64,000 nt of DNA from Thermoanaerobaculia bacterium. GTDB taxonomy: Bacteria; Acidobacteriota; Thermoanaerobaculia; Multivoradales; Multivoraceae. This document shows positions 50,871 through 63,761 of the stretch, one piece after another. A program made the position numbers and the translations under genes. Position 1 is the first letter of the stretch. Every line of letters begins with the position of its first letter. The DNA lies in contig OY762911.1 in the NCBI GenBank assembly GCA_963666565.1, positions 3,040,001-3,104,000 of the forward strand. The letters are read 5' to 3'. The notes under the pieces were generated by a model. That model was not told the origin of the DNA, did not search any database, and saw only the letters and a program-made list of their open reading frames with translations.

Positions 50871-51869
50871 TCAGGCGGCCAGCCAGCGCAGGCAGCCGGT
50901 CGACTCCAGCACCGCGTCGATCTCTTCGCGGTCGGAGAGTTCGGCGTACTTGGCGCGCAGCGCCGCCAGCGACCGGGCGTGGTACTTCTGCGGCTTCTGG
51001 GTCCACGTCCCACTGGCAATGTCCACCGAGAACTCCTCGTCGCCTCCGGCGATCGCCGCGGCATTGGCGACGCTCCAGGGCAGGAAGAGCCCGGCGACCT
51101 GCCGTTCGACCAGGGGCGTCAAGGTCGGCGCCAGGGACGCCCAGTCCTCGAAGTCGCCGTTCGCGGTCGGATCGACCAGGCGCTTCACCCAGGCGACGGT
51201 GCGGGGCGCGCGTTCCTCCAGCAGGGCGCCCGGCGTCGGATCGGTCCACGCCTGGTGCAACTGGAAGCCGATGCCGAAGTCGCCGAACGCCGGCCGGTCG
51301 CCGAAGAGGTAGTCGCGGCCGTCGAGGTGGGCCTCGATCAGGTCGGCCGTGTCCAGGAACGACTGCTCGATCTGCGGCGCGGTCTTCTCGTTGGAGCCGA
51401 CGAACCACACCCTGGGCACCATCCGCTCGCGGATCTGGGCGGTCATCGCCTGGAGCGTCTCCTCGTCGGCGTCCGGGTTCATGCCCTGGGCGATGCGGCG
51501 GGCGCCGGACTCCTGGTCCGCCGGACGGGCCCAGCGGTAGTGGAACATCAGCTTGTTGCCCCACTCGTCGCCGTACTCCTCGAGCAGCACGGAGACGAAG
51601 GCCGCGGTCGGATCGGGAGGGTGGATCGAGGGCTCGGGGAACTCGGCCTCCATCGCCTCGATGATCGGCGTCGAGTCTTGCATGCCCCGGTCGTCGGGCG
51701 TGACGACCAGGGGCACCAGCGGCAGCCTGGCGTAGCGCTTGAACTCGTCCTGGTTGGCGCCGCTCCGGCGCAGCCACTCGTGGGGGATTCCCTTGTAGCG
51801 GAAGTACGAGCGGATCTTGACGGAGTAGGGCGACAGTTCCGCGCCGAAGATTCGGTAGGGTCGGGCCAT
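50871..51869 (-). CDS. Glutathione S-transferase family protein
   Basis: SPYSVKIRSYFRYK, LVP, QDSTPII, YGDEW, YLFGDRPAFGDF. Confidence 0.88.
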   Translation of the reverse strand: MARPYRIFGAELSPYSVKIRSYFRYKGIPHEWLRRSGANQDEFKRYARLPLVPLVVTPDDRGMQDSTPIIEAMEAEFPEPSIHPPDPTAAFVSVLLEEYGDEWGNKLMFHYRWARPADQESGARRIAQGMNPDADEETLQAMTAQIRERMVPRVWFVGSNEKTAPQIEQSFLDTADLIEAHLDGRDYLFGDRPAFGDFGIGFQLHQAWTDPTPGALLEERAPRTVAWVKRLVDPTANGDFEDWASLAPTLTPLVERQVAGLFLPWSVANAAAIAGGDEEFSVDIASGTWTQKPQKYHARSLAALRAKYAELSDREEIDAVLESTGCLRWLAA

Positions 51870-51934
51870 TGGCGTGAGCCTCCTGGAGGGAGTCGTTGTC
51901 GGACGGAGGAGGCTATCCCAGGAGGATTCACTGC

Positions 51935-53956
<2,022 letters not shown>

Positions 53957-53972
53957 CAGAATCGCGCATGCG

Positions 53973-54003
53973 CCGGGTGCGCGGGTCTTCTGACCCGCTG
54001 CCG
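53973..54003 (+). repeat. REP-like palindrome, copy 8
   Basis: CCGGGTGCGCGGGTCTTCTGACCCGCTGCCG. Confidence 0.85.
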
Positions 54004-54077
54004 GCGTAGCCGGCCAGATGCCGGGGCCGGTCGCGGCACCGAAGCGACGGGAGACGACAGGGAGGGCCAGAACGCAC

Positions 54078-55556
<1,479 letters not shown>

Positions 55557-55559
55557 CAG

Positions 55560-55870
55560 CACCTTTCACCAAGGTGCCAAAGGGGCGCTCAACGCTCCAC
55601 TCGATGGTGGACGATCTCACTACCATGGTCACCTGCAACGACTTCGAGCGTGAGTTCGGTCACTTCCTTGGCCGCGCTCCCGACGTGCTCCGGTTCGTTG
55701 CGCTCGGAAGGACCGAACAGGGTGACCGAGGTGCCGCGTTCCGGGTCGACTACGTGAAACCCTCGGGTGCGATCGGCTTCTACTACCCGGACTGGGTCGT
55801 GGTCCAGCGGGACCACTCCGGGGAGGTCAACTGGATCGTCGAGACGAAGGGCCGAGTCCGGGAAGGACCA
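55560..55870 (+). pseudogene. Remnant of a type III restriction Res-subunit C-terminal PD-(D/E)xK nuclease domain
   Basis: NDFEREFGHFL..APDV..F...RVDYVKPSGAIGFYYPDWVV...WIVETKGR. No helicase part; similarity stops at the TA promoter. Confidence 0.72.
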
Positions 55871-55892
55871 CTTCCCCGCGCCGGGCTCGCGC

Positions 55893-55924
55893 TTGACTCA
55901 CTCCCGGTGAGTCATGCAGACTCA
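55893..55924 (+). promoter_or_regulatory. Promoter and operator of TA pair 2
   Basis: TTGACT-18 nt-CAGACT, 7 nt before ATG 55930; perfect IR TGACTCAC-N5-GTGAGTCA (55894-55914); third GACTCA at 55919. Confidence 0.75.
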
Positions 55925-55929
55925 TTGCG

Positions 55930-56175
55930 ATGACTAAACGCATGCAAGTGCTGTTCGAGGACGAGGAGTATCGGGGGATACAGCGTGTCGCGCGCGAGTG
56001 CCGCATGACCGTCGCCGAGTGGGTGCGCCAGTCTCTGCGCGAAGCGCGGATGGCCCGGAAGTCCGTCGCGGAGGCCAAGCTGCGAGCGGTGGATGAGGCG
56101 ACCCGTCACAGTTTCCCCGTCGGCAACATCGAAACGATGCTCCGGGAAATCGAAGCGGACCGGTTGCCGGAGTGA
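55930..56175 (+). CDS. CopG/RHH antitoxin
   Basis: KRMQVLFEDEEY..I..VA....TVAEWVRQSLR; GTGA overlap with the toxin. Confidence 0.85.
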   Translation: MTKRMQVLFEDEEYRGIQRVARECRMTVAEWVRQSLREARMARKSVAEAKLRAVDEATRHSFPVGNIETMLREIEADRLPE

Positions 56176-56567
56176 TCTTCATCGACTCCAACATTCCCAT
56201 GTACCTGGTGGGCGCGGAACACCCGAACAAGGTTCGGGTGCATGAGCTTCTCGCACGGTTCATCCGCGGGAACGAGCGCCTCGTGACCGACGTCGAGGTC
56301 TACCAGGAGGTGCTGCACCGGTACGTATCCATCCGTCGCCAAGACGCGATCGATCCCGCCATCGCCAGTCTCGACGCAATCGCCGACGAGGTGCTGCCGA
56401 TCCACATGGCCGACGTGCGGTCCGCTCGCGAGCTGATCCGGTCGATCCACGGCATATCCGCCCGGGACGCCCTCCATGCCGCGGTGATGCGACGTGCGGG
56501 CATCGAACGCATCTTCAGCCTCGACCGGGGCTTCGACGCCTGTCCCGGACTGGAGCGGCTGGGATAG
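56172..56567 (+). CDS. vapC: PIN-domain toxin
   Basis: IFIDSNIPMY, VYQEVL, ISARDALHAA, SLDRGFD. Confidence 0.92.
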   Translation: MIFIDSNIPMYLVGAEHPNKVRVHELLARFIRGNERLVTDVEVYQEVLHRYVSIRRQDAIDPAIASLDAIADEVLPIHMADVRSARELIRSIHGISARDALHAAVMRRAGIERIFSLDRGFDACPGLERLG

Positions 56568-56647
56568 CGAGGGACACGTCCACGCAGAGCGTCGGTCATG
56601 TCCTCTCTCCTCGTCTCAAGCGGCGGGAGCGCCATTGATCCCCGCGT

Positions 56648-57247
56648 TCAGGCGCGACGGAAGATCCTCGGCAGGTAGCGGCCGGCGCGGTCGAGGTACT
56701 CCTCGTAGGCGGCGCCGTGGAGACGGCGCAGGTGCGGTTCCTCGAGGCGGCGGACGTTGATGTCGATGGCGACGAACTGGAGAACGAGAAAAAGCAGCAC
56801 GAAGACGTGCGGCAGGAGCGCCAGGACGCCGAGGCCGAGGCAGAGCACGCCGGCGTAGATCGGGTTCCTAATCCGGGCGAACAGGCCGCGGGTCACGAGC
56901 GGAGTCCGCTCCGCGTCGTCGAAACCGCCTCGCCAAGCCGTTCCCATCTGTTGCTGGGCGATGACGGTCGTCGCGATGCCGCCGAGGCCCACCGCGGCCC
57001 CGGCCCATCGCGCCGCGGGACCGAGTTCGACCTGCGGCTGGAGCAGGTCCGCGGCGTCCAGGCACGCAAGAACGAGGTTGCCGAGCAGCGAAGCTCCCAG
57101 CAGCGGCCCGGCGAGCGCGACGATCCGGGACGAGGACTTCCAGGCATCCGGCCGGATGCCGTGGTCTCCGGTGCTGCGGTACTGCAGCGCTATCCGCCCG
57201 CCGACGGCGAACAGCAGGAACAGGACGTGGAGCGTCAGCGCGTTCAT
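56648..57247 (-). CDS. Isoprenylcysteine carboxyl methyltransferase/PEMT family membrane protein
   Basis: LVTRGLFARIRNPIY, EEPHL...HGAAYEEY...RYLP. Confidence 0.88.
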   Translation of the reverse strand: MNALTLHVLFLLFAVGGRIALQYRSTGDHGIRPDAWKSSSRIVALAGPLLGASLLGNLVLACLDAADLLQPQVELGPAARWAGAAVGLGGIATTVIAQQQMGTAWRGGFDDAERTPLVTRGLFARIRNPIYAGVLCLGLGVLALLPHVFVLLFLVLQFVAIDINVRRLEEPHLRRLHGAAYEEYLDRAGRYLPRIFRRA

Positions 57248-57362
57248 GCGGGCGGGTGTCCGTCTCTTCCTCAGGACGCTCGTCGATCGGCGGGCCGCGC
57301 CGGCGCCGGACGGCGCCTTCCGGCAGCCGTTCGTGCAGCCGCGCGGGTGAGCGCGGCCGGCG

Positions 57363-58952
57363 TCAGTTGATGCCGCGCTCCTTGCCCTCCCAGTACGGCG
57401 CGCGCAGCTCGCGCTTCAGCACCTTCATCGCGCCGGAGAGCGGCAGCGGCTCGGCCCGGAACTCGACGGACTTCGGCACCTTGTAGCCGGCGATCGACTC
57501 GCGGGCGTGGCTGACGATCGAGGCTTCCGTACCCTCGTCGACCTCGGCGCCCTCCTTCGGCACGACGATGGCGTGGACCTGCTCGCCCCAGACGTCGTGG
57601 GGGATGCCGATGACGGCGACCTGGCCGACGACGGGATGCGTCGAGATCGCGCTCTCGACCTCGGCGGAGTAGACGTTCTCGCCGCCCGAGACGATCATGT
57701 CCTTGACCCGATCGACGAGGAACAGGTAGCCCTCCTCGTCCAGGTAGCCGGCGTCGCCGGTGTGGTACCAGCCGCCCTGGAACGCCTCTTCGGTGGCCTC
57801 GGGCTTGTTCCAGTACTCCGTCATGTAGTTGCCGCCCTTGGCGCAGACCTCGCCGACCTCGCCGGAGGGCAGCATGTTGCCGTCCTCGTCCTGGATCGAC
57901 AGCACGACGCCGGGCACGGCGCGCCCGACGGAGCGCAGGCGGTCGCCGCCGGCCTTGTGGTCCTCGGCGTCGAGCACGGTGAGAAGCGAGGAACTCTCCG
58001 TCATGCCGTAGCCCTGGCCGATCTCCATCTCCGGGAACAGGGTGAGCAGCCGGTCGAGCAGCGCCGCCGGCATCGGCGAGGCGCCGTAGCCGAGGTTGCG
58101 CAACGAGGCGAGCTTCTCCGGCGTGAAGTCCGGGTGGCTCATCATCATGTGGATCATGGTCGGCACCATGGTGGTCGTCGTCACCTGGTACTTCTCGATC
58201 AACGCGATGGCGGCGCCCGGGTCGAACATCGGCATCAGGACGAACTTGCCGCCGAAGGTCTGGGTCGCGATGACGCCGACCATGGAGGCGGCGTGGAAGA
58301 TCGGCGTCTGAAGAAGCGCGACGCCGTCGGAGAGCTGCGGAAAGCGCATGACTCCGTGGTACGTGTTCAGGATCTCGGCGCGCTGGTTGCAGAGAACGCC
58401 CTTCGGCAGGCCGGTGGTGCCGCCGGTGTACATGAGGACGACGGAATCGGTTTCCTCCGGCTCGTCCGGCAGAACGGGGTCGCTGCCGGCGATCAGATCC
58501 TCGTAGCGGAGGTCGTAGGGAGCGTCCGTGTCGTCGCCGGGACCGCCGATCAGCACGGTCCGCCGGACCGTGCACTCGTCGCCGGCCAGGGCCATCGCCT
58601 GCGCGAACAGGGGCGCGAAGGTCTTGTCGACGAAGGCGACCTCGGTGCCGGAGTCGCGCACGATGTAGTCGAGTTCCTTGCCGGCCAGGCGCAGGTTGAG
58701 CGGGTTGATCACGCCCGCGCCGAGGTAGGCGGCGTGGTACAGCTCGACGTACTCGTGGCAGGTGAGCGCCATGACCGCGAAGCGATCCGCGCGGCCCACT
58801 CCCAGCTCGCCGCCCAGCGCGGTGCACAGGCGCATCGTCCGGTCCGCGTGCTCGCCGAACGTGGCGCTGTAGGCGCCGTCGACGATCGATTCCTTGTTCG
58901 CCAGGTAGTTCATGGCGGGCACGAACAGCCGGTGGAAGATCAACTCCTTCAT
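57363..58952 (-). CDS. Long-chain acyl-CoA synthetase (AMP-binding)
   Basis: YTGGTTGLPKG, GYGMTE, YHTGD, DRVKDMIVSGGENV, LPLSGAMKVLK; AAGGAG before ATG 58952. Confidence 0.93.
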   Translation of the reverse strand: MKELIFHRLFVPAMNYLANKESIVDGAYSATFGEHADRTMRLCTALGGELGVGRADRFAVMALTCHEYVELYHAAYLGAGVINPLNLRLAGKELDYIVRDSGTEVAFVDKTFAPLFAQAMALAGDECTVRRTVLIGGPGDDTDAPYDLRYEDLIAGSDPVLPDEPEETDSVVLMYTGGTTGLPKGVLCNQRAEILNTYHGVMRFPQLSDGVALLQTPIFHAASMVGVIATQTFGGKFVLMPMFDPGAAIALIEKYQVTTTTMVPTMIHMMMSHPDFTPEKLASLRNLGYGASPMPAALLDRLLTLFPEMEIGQGYGMTESSSLLTVLDAEDHKAGGDRLRSVGRAVPGVVLSIQDEDGNMLPSGEVGEVCAKGGNYMTEYWNKPEATEEAFQGGWYHTGDAGYLDEEGYLFLVDRVKDMIVSGGENVYSAEVESAISTHPVVGQVAVIGIPHDVWGEQVHAIVVPKEGAEVDEGTEASIVSHARESIAGYKVPKSVEFRAEPLPLSGAMKVLKRELRAPYWEGKERGIN

Positions 58953-59041
58953 GGTGCGGTCAACTCCTTGTCGGGTCCGGTCGGGTCCTGTCGGGCGCGT
59001 CGCTCGGGCGGCGGCCCGGGCGAGCTTCGGTTCGGTTCGCG

Positions 59042-60049
59042 TCAGTTCGCCGAAAGGGAGGCGATCACGTCCCGCTGCGTCGCCTCGTCGAGGAAGCGGA
59101 GGTTGGGGCTCATGCGGTCCACCACGCTGCCGTAGCGGTCGAGGACGCCCCGGGCCAGGTCGGCCGGCTCGCCGACGACGGCGAAGGCGTCGAGCATTTC
59201 GTCGGTGATGAGCGTGCCCATCTCGTCCCACTGGCCCTGCTTCGACATCCGGTTCAGTTCGAGCTGCAGGTCGCCCCAGCCTTCCGATTCGAGCACGGGC
59301 CGGTAGGCGGGAGTCGAACCGTAGAAGGAGATCTGCTTCTTGACCGCGCGCTTCGTCTCCTCGAACGTCTTCTCGTCCTGGCCGGAGACGATGAAGCCGG
59401 GGTAGGCGATCTCGAAGTCGGCGCGGTCGCGTCCGGCCGCTGCCAGACCGCGCTCGATGGCCGGCAGCGTGGTGTCGCGCATGTACGACTGCGTCGTGAA
59501 GGGATGGACGATCAGGCCGTCGGCCACCTCGCCGGCGACTTCCGTCATCAGCGGCCCGACCGCGGCGAGGAACACCCTGGGCGGGCCGTACTCGGTGTCG
59601 GTCGGCGTGAACATCGGCGTCATCAGGGTGTGCGAGTAGAAGTCGCCCTGGAAGCGGAGCCGTTCGCCCTCGTACCAGTTCGACCAGATCGCCCGCATCG
59701 CCAGAATCATCTCCCTCATGCGCGCCGCCGGGCTCGACCACGGCATGCTGAACCGTTTCGTGATGTGGGGACGGATCTGGGAACCCAGGCCGAGGATGAA
59801 GCGGCCCTTCGAGTAGGCGTTCAGGTCGTGGCCGACGTTCGCCAGCGTCATCGGGCTGCGCGCGAAGGCGACCGCGATGGAGGTCATCAGCTCGATCCGC
59901 TCGCTGTGCTCGGCGGCCAGAAGCAGCGGGAAGAACGGATCGTGCGCCGTCTCGGCGGTCATCGCGGCGGCGAAGCCGGCGTCCTCGAGTTCGCGGATGC
60001 GCGCGGGAACCTCGCGCAGATCGGTGGGGAGTCCGCCGTCAACCTTCAT
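59042..60049 (-). CDS. Probable F420-dependent LLM oxidoreductase (TIGR03617-like)
   Basis: AETAHDPF, IAVAFARSPM, LGLGSQIRPHITKRFSMPW, HTLMTPMF, FYGSTPAY. Confidence 0.85.
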   Translation of the reverse strand: MKVDGGLPTDLREVPARIRELEDAGFAAAMTAETAHDPFFPLLLAAEHSERIELMTSIAVAFARSPMTLANVGHDLNAYSKGRFILGLGSQIRPHITKRFSMPWSSPAARMREMILAMRAIWSNWYEGERLRFQGDFYSHTLMTPMFTPTDTEYGPPRVFLAAVGPLMTEVAGEVADGLIVHPFTTQSYMRDTTLPAIERGLAAAGRDRADFEIAYPGFIVSGQDEKTFEETKRAVKKQISFYGSTPAYRPVLESEGWGDLQLELNRMSKQGQWDEMGTLITDEMLDAFAVVGEPADLARGVLDRYGSVVDRMSPNLRFLDEATQRDVIASLSAN

Positions 60050-60195
60050 CGTCTCTCCAGGCTGGTCGTCTTCTCTTGGGTCGGAGCGGTCGCGAGTATA
60101 GAAGAGCGGCGCCACCTTGGCCCTTGCTACGATCCCGGCCCTCTCGCAGCCGCGAGTTCGCGCTTCCTCCCCGTCACCCACCGAACGGAGTTCCC

Positions 60196-61542
60196 ATGCA
60201 CCAGGTGCTCGCCGGCGTCCGCGTCCTGGACTTCGGCCGCTACATCGCGGGTCCGTTCTGCGCCGCGCTGCTCGGCGACCTGGGCGCGGAAGTGATTCGG
60301 GTGGAGAAGGTGCGCGGCAGCGAGGACCGCTTCATCGCGCCGGTGACGCCCTCCGGCGAGGGCGGGATGTTCCTGCAGATGAACCGCAACAAGCGGTCGC
60401 TGACGCTGAACCCGATGAAGCCGGCGGGCCGCGAGATCGTGAAGCGCCTGGTCGCGACCGCCGACGTCGTGGTCGCCAACCTGCCGCCCGCCACGCTCCG
60501 GGCGATGGCCCTCGACCTCGACAGCCTGCGCGAGACGAAGGAGGACATCATCCTGACCACCGTCTCCGCCTACGGCCGGGGCGGTCCTTACAGCGACCGG
60601 GTGGGCTTCGACGGCATCGGCCAGGTCATGTCGGGGATCGCCTACATGACGGGCGATCCGGACCGTCCCCGGCGGGCGGCCGCTCCCTTCGTCGACTTCG
60701 GGACCGCACTCTCGTGCGCCTACGGCACGCTGGCGGCGCTGATGGCGCGGCAGCAGACCGGCGAGGGCCAGATGGTCGAGGGCGCGCTGCTCAAGACCGC
60801 GCTGATGATGGGCAACGCGAACCTGATCGAGCAGGCGGTGATCGAGAGAGACCGCCAGCCGACCGGGAACCGGGGGCAAACCTCGGCGCCGTCCGACCTC
60901 TACCGGACCGCGGACGGCTGGGTGTTGTGCTCGGTGATCGGCGAGCCGCTGTTCAGGCGCTGGGTGGACCTGATGGAGAAGGACGATGCGGTGAGCGTCG
61001 GATGCGACGGTGGCGCTCGCATCGACGCCGGTGATGGCGAGGCCAGCCTGCGGAGCGGCAACGACAAGGGAAGCGACAGCAAGGGCAACAGGGAGGGCGG
61101 CGACAACGGGAACGGGCGCGACCGCGACGCCGGTCGCGAACGGATCGACTGGCTGAACGATCCCCGTTTCGCCGACGATCTCGCCCGCGGCGACAATGCC
61201 GGTCCGATCGGCGAGCGGATGAACGCCTGGTGCGCCTCGCGTACCACCGCCGAGGCGGTCGAGGCGCTGAACGCGGCGATGATTCCCTCGGCGCCGGCTT
61301 ACTCCATGCAGCAGGCGCTGGACGACCCGCACATCCGCGAGGTCGGGTCCTTCGTCGAACTCGACTATCCGGGCATGGAGCGAGCGGCGCCGGTGGCGCA
61401 ACCTTCCGTGCGTCTGACCGGAACGCCGGCCACCATCCGCCACCGGGCGCCGACCCTCGGCGAGCACACGGACGAGATTCTGGCCGACCTCGGCTACGGC
61501 GCCGACGAGATCGAGGCGTTTCGGGCGGAACGGGTGGTGTAG
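60196..61542 (+). CDS. CaiB/BaiF family III CoA transferase with ~55-aa low-complexity insertion
   Basis: LAGVRVLDF..YIAGPF...LGDLGAEVIRVE, NRNKRS, GFD, APTLGEHT. Confidence 0.92.
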   Translation: MHQVLAGVRVLDFGRYIAGPFCAALLGDLGAEVIRVEKVRGSEDRFIAPVTPSGEGGMFLQMNRNKRSLTLNPMKPAGREIVKRLVATADVVVANLPPATLRAMALDLDSLRETKEDIILTTVSAYGRGGPYSDRVGFDGIGQVMSGIAYMTGDPDRPRRAAAPFVDFGTALSCAYGTLAALMARQQTGEGQMVEGALLKTALMMGNANLIEQAVIERDRQPTGNRGQTSAPSDLYRTADGWVLCSVIGEPLFRRWVDLMEKDDAVSVGCDGGARIDAGDGEASLRSGNDKGSDSKGNREGGDNGNGRDRDAGRERIDWLNDPRFADDLARGDNAGPIGERMNAWCASRTTAEAVEALNAAMIPSAPAYSMQQALDDPHIREVGSFVELDYPGMERAAPVAQPSVRLTGTPATIRHRAPTLGEHTDEILADLGYGADEIEAFRAERVV

Positions 61543-61589
61543 TGGCGGGCTCGAAGGAGCTCGGCAGCCTCGCACGTTTGCCTCCGAAA

Positions 61590-61615
61590 GCCGGCGAGGA
61601 CGCCGGCGCACCCAG
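61590..61615 (-). repeat. Variant REP with a fully covaried hairpin
   Basis: Reverse complement CTGGGTGC-GCCGGCG-TCCT-CGCCGGC versus the family CTGGGTGC-GCGGGTC-TTCC-GACCCGC. Confidence 0.8.
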
Positions 61616-61649
61616 TGGCTTGGCAATCCGCCTTTCGTTCGGGGACCGG

Positions 61650-63590
61650 GTGCGCCTGCGTCCTCGCCGCCATCTGGCGCAAAGTGCCGGTCTGCTTCCG
61701 GCGCTTCTCCTGCTCCCGCTGGGAACTGTCGCCGCCCAGCCACAGCCCGACCTGCCTCCCCCCAACGTCCTCTGGCTCTCCAGCGAGGACAACGGCCCGC
61801 ATCTAGGCGCCTACGGCGACGACTACGCCACGACCCCGAACCTCGACGGCCTCGCAGCCCGCGGCCTCGTCTACCGCAACGCCTGGTCGACCGTCCCGGT
61901 CTGCGCGCCGGCCCGCACGACGATCATCAGCGGCCTCTACCCGGCGTCCACGGGCGCCCAGCACATGCGGAGCCGGTCCAGGCTGCCGGAGGGCTTCCGC
62001 TTCTTCCCGCAGTACTTGCGCGAGGCGGGCTACTACGCGACGAACAACGCGAAGGAGGACTACAACCTCGAGAAGCCGGGCGGCCAGGGTGCCGTGTGGC
62101 ACGAGTCCTCCCGCGAAGCGCACTGGCGGAACCGCCCCGACGGCGCTCCGTTCTTCGCCGTCTTCAACTTCACCGTCACGCACGAGAGCCAGATCCGCCG
62201 CCGGCCCCACGCGCAGGTCCACGACCCGGCCGGCGTTCGCGTGCCGGCCTACCACCCGGACACGCCCGAGGTCCGTCAGGACTGGGCGCAGTACTACGAC
62301 AAGCTGACGGAGATGGACGCGCTCGTCGGCGAACGCCTGGCCGAACTCGAAGCGGCTGGCCTGACGGACGACACGGTCGTCTTCTACTGGGCAGATCACG
62401 GTCCGGGCCTGCCGCGCGGCAAGCGCACGGCGCTTGAGACCGGCCTCGGCGTACCGCTCATCGTCTCGATTCCGGAGAAGTACCGGCATCTGGCGCCGGA
62501 CGACTACGAGGCGGGCGGCGGCACGGACCGGCTGGTCGGCTTCATCGACTTCGCTCCGACCATGCTGAGTCTGGCCGGCATCGAGCCGCCGGCGAACTTC
62601 CAGGGACGGGCCTTCCTCGGCGCCAACGAAGCCGAACCGAACGAGTTCCTGTTCGGCTTCTCCGACCGCATGGACGAACGCTACGACCTGGTCCGCAGCG
62701 TGCGGGCCAAGCGCTACATGTACGCGCGGAACTTCCTCGTCGACCGGCCCTACGGCCAGCGGCTCTCATACCAGATGGAGACGCCGACGACCCGGGTCTG
62801 GTTGCGGCTGTTCCAGGAGGGTGAACTGAACGCCGCGCAGTCGGCCTTCTGGCGGGAGAAGCCGAGCGAGGAGCTCTACGACCTGGAGAACGACCCGGAC
62901 CTGGTGAACAACCTCGCGGCGTCGCCGGACCACGCGGCTGCGCGGGACCGGCTGGCGGCCGCGCTGCGGCTGCAGCTCCTGACGATCCGCGATCTCAGTT
63001 TCCTGCCCGAGGCCGAGATGCACCGCCGCGCCGCGGCGATGGACGCCACGCCCTGGGCCTATGGCCAGGGTGGCTACCAGGTCGAGCGGGCGCTCGCGGC
63101 GGCCGAACTCGCCACGGACAGGTCAAGGCGGGGCAGCGGGGACATCGAGCGGCTCGGGCGGATGCTCGGCGACCCGGACTCGGCGGTCCGCGCGTGGGCC
63201 GCGATCGGCCTGCGCACGCGGGGTAAGGAGGCGGTCGGCGCGGCCGGCGCCGAGCTGCGCGCCGCGCTTGCCGACCCGTCGCCGCCGGTTCGCATCCACG
63301 CCGCCGAAGCCCTGGGCCGCTTCGGCGAGGAAGCGGACCGTGCCCCCGCGGTCGAACTGCTTCTCGATGCCGCTTCGACCGACGACAACGACTTCTTCGA
63401 CGCCCTGCTCGCGCTCAACGCCCTCGACTACCTGCCGCCCGACGTCCTGGGCGGGCGGGACGCACAGGCCGAAGCGTGGCGCGAACGGCTCAGCGCCCTG
63501 CCATCCGACCTCGAAGGTCTCGACCGCCGCTTCAGGAACTACGTGCCGCGACTGCTCGAGGCGATCCGACTCGACCTGCCGGATCGTTGA
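61650..63590 (+). CDS. Sulfatase (Cys-type) with C-terminal HEAT-like repeats
   Basis: Signal peptide; PNVLW..SED, TPNLD, CAPAR (CxPxR), ADHG, EELYDL..DP; LGDPDSAVR and LADPSPPVR HEAT motifs. Confidence 0.9.
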   Translation: MRLRPRRHLAQSAGLLPALLLLPLGTVAAQPQPDLPPPNVLWLSSEDNGPHLGAYGDDYATTPNLDGLAARGLVYRNAWSTVPVCAPARTTIISGLYPASTGAQHMRSRSRLPEGFRFFPQYLREAGYYATNNAKEDYNLEKPGGQGAVWHESSREAHWRNRPDGAPFFAVFNFTVTHESQIRRRPHAQVHDPAGVRVPAYHPDTPEVRQDWAQYYDKLTEMDALVGERLAELEAAGLTDDTVVFYWADHGPGLPRGKRTALETGLGVPLIVSIPEKYRHLAPDDYEAGGGTDRLVGFIDFAPTMLSLAGIEPPANFQGRAFLGANEAEPNEFLFGFSDRMDERYDLVRSVRAKRYMYARNFLVDRPYGQRLSYQMETPTTRVWLRLFQEGELNAAQSAFWREKPSEELYDLENDPDLVNNLAASPDHAAARDRLAAALRLQLLTIRDLSFLPEAEMHRRAAAMDATPWAYGQGGYQVERALAAAELATDRSRRGSGDIERLGRMLGDPDSAVRAWAAIGLRTRGKEAVGAAGAELRAALADPSPPVRIHAAEALGRFGEEADRAPAVELLLDAASTDDNDFFDALLALNALDYLPPDVLGGRDAQAEAWRERLSALPSDLEGLDRRFRNYVPRLLEAIRLDLPDR

Positions 63591-63761
63591 TTCTCAGGGA
63601 GACGCAGAGGCTGCTGGCGCGATCGAAACGTTGGCACGTTGCCGGCGGCGGGCCTGTCGACGTGCGGATCGGGCGTCAGATATCCTCTGCCGTCGTTCGA
63701 TCCCTGTGGCCGTCAGACCGCTCCGTGAGCGGCCCAATCTGTGGGCGCGGGTGGTAGGCCG

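Noticed and set aside
58970-58999. GTCGGGTCCN x3 10-nt repeat upstream of the acyl-CoA ligase
   Set aside because: Short, degenerate and plausible by chance in GC-rich DNA.
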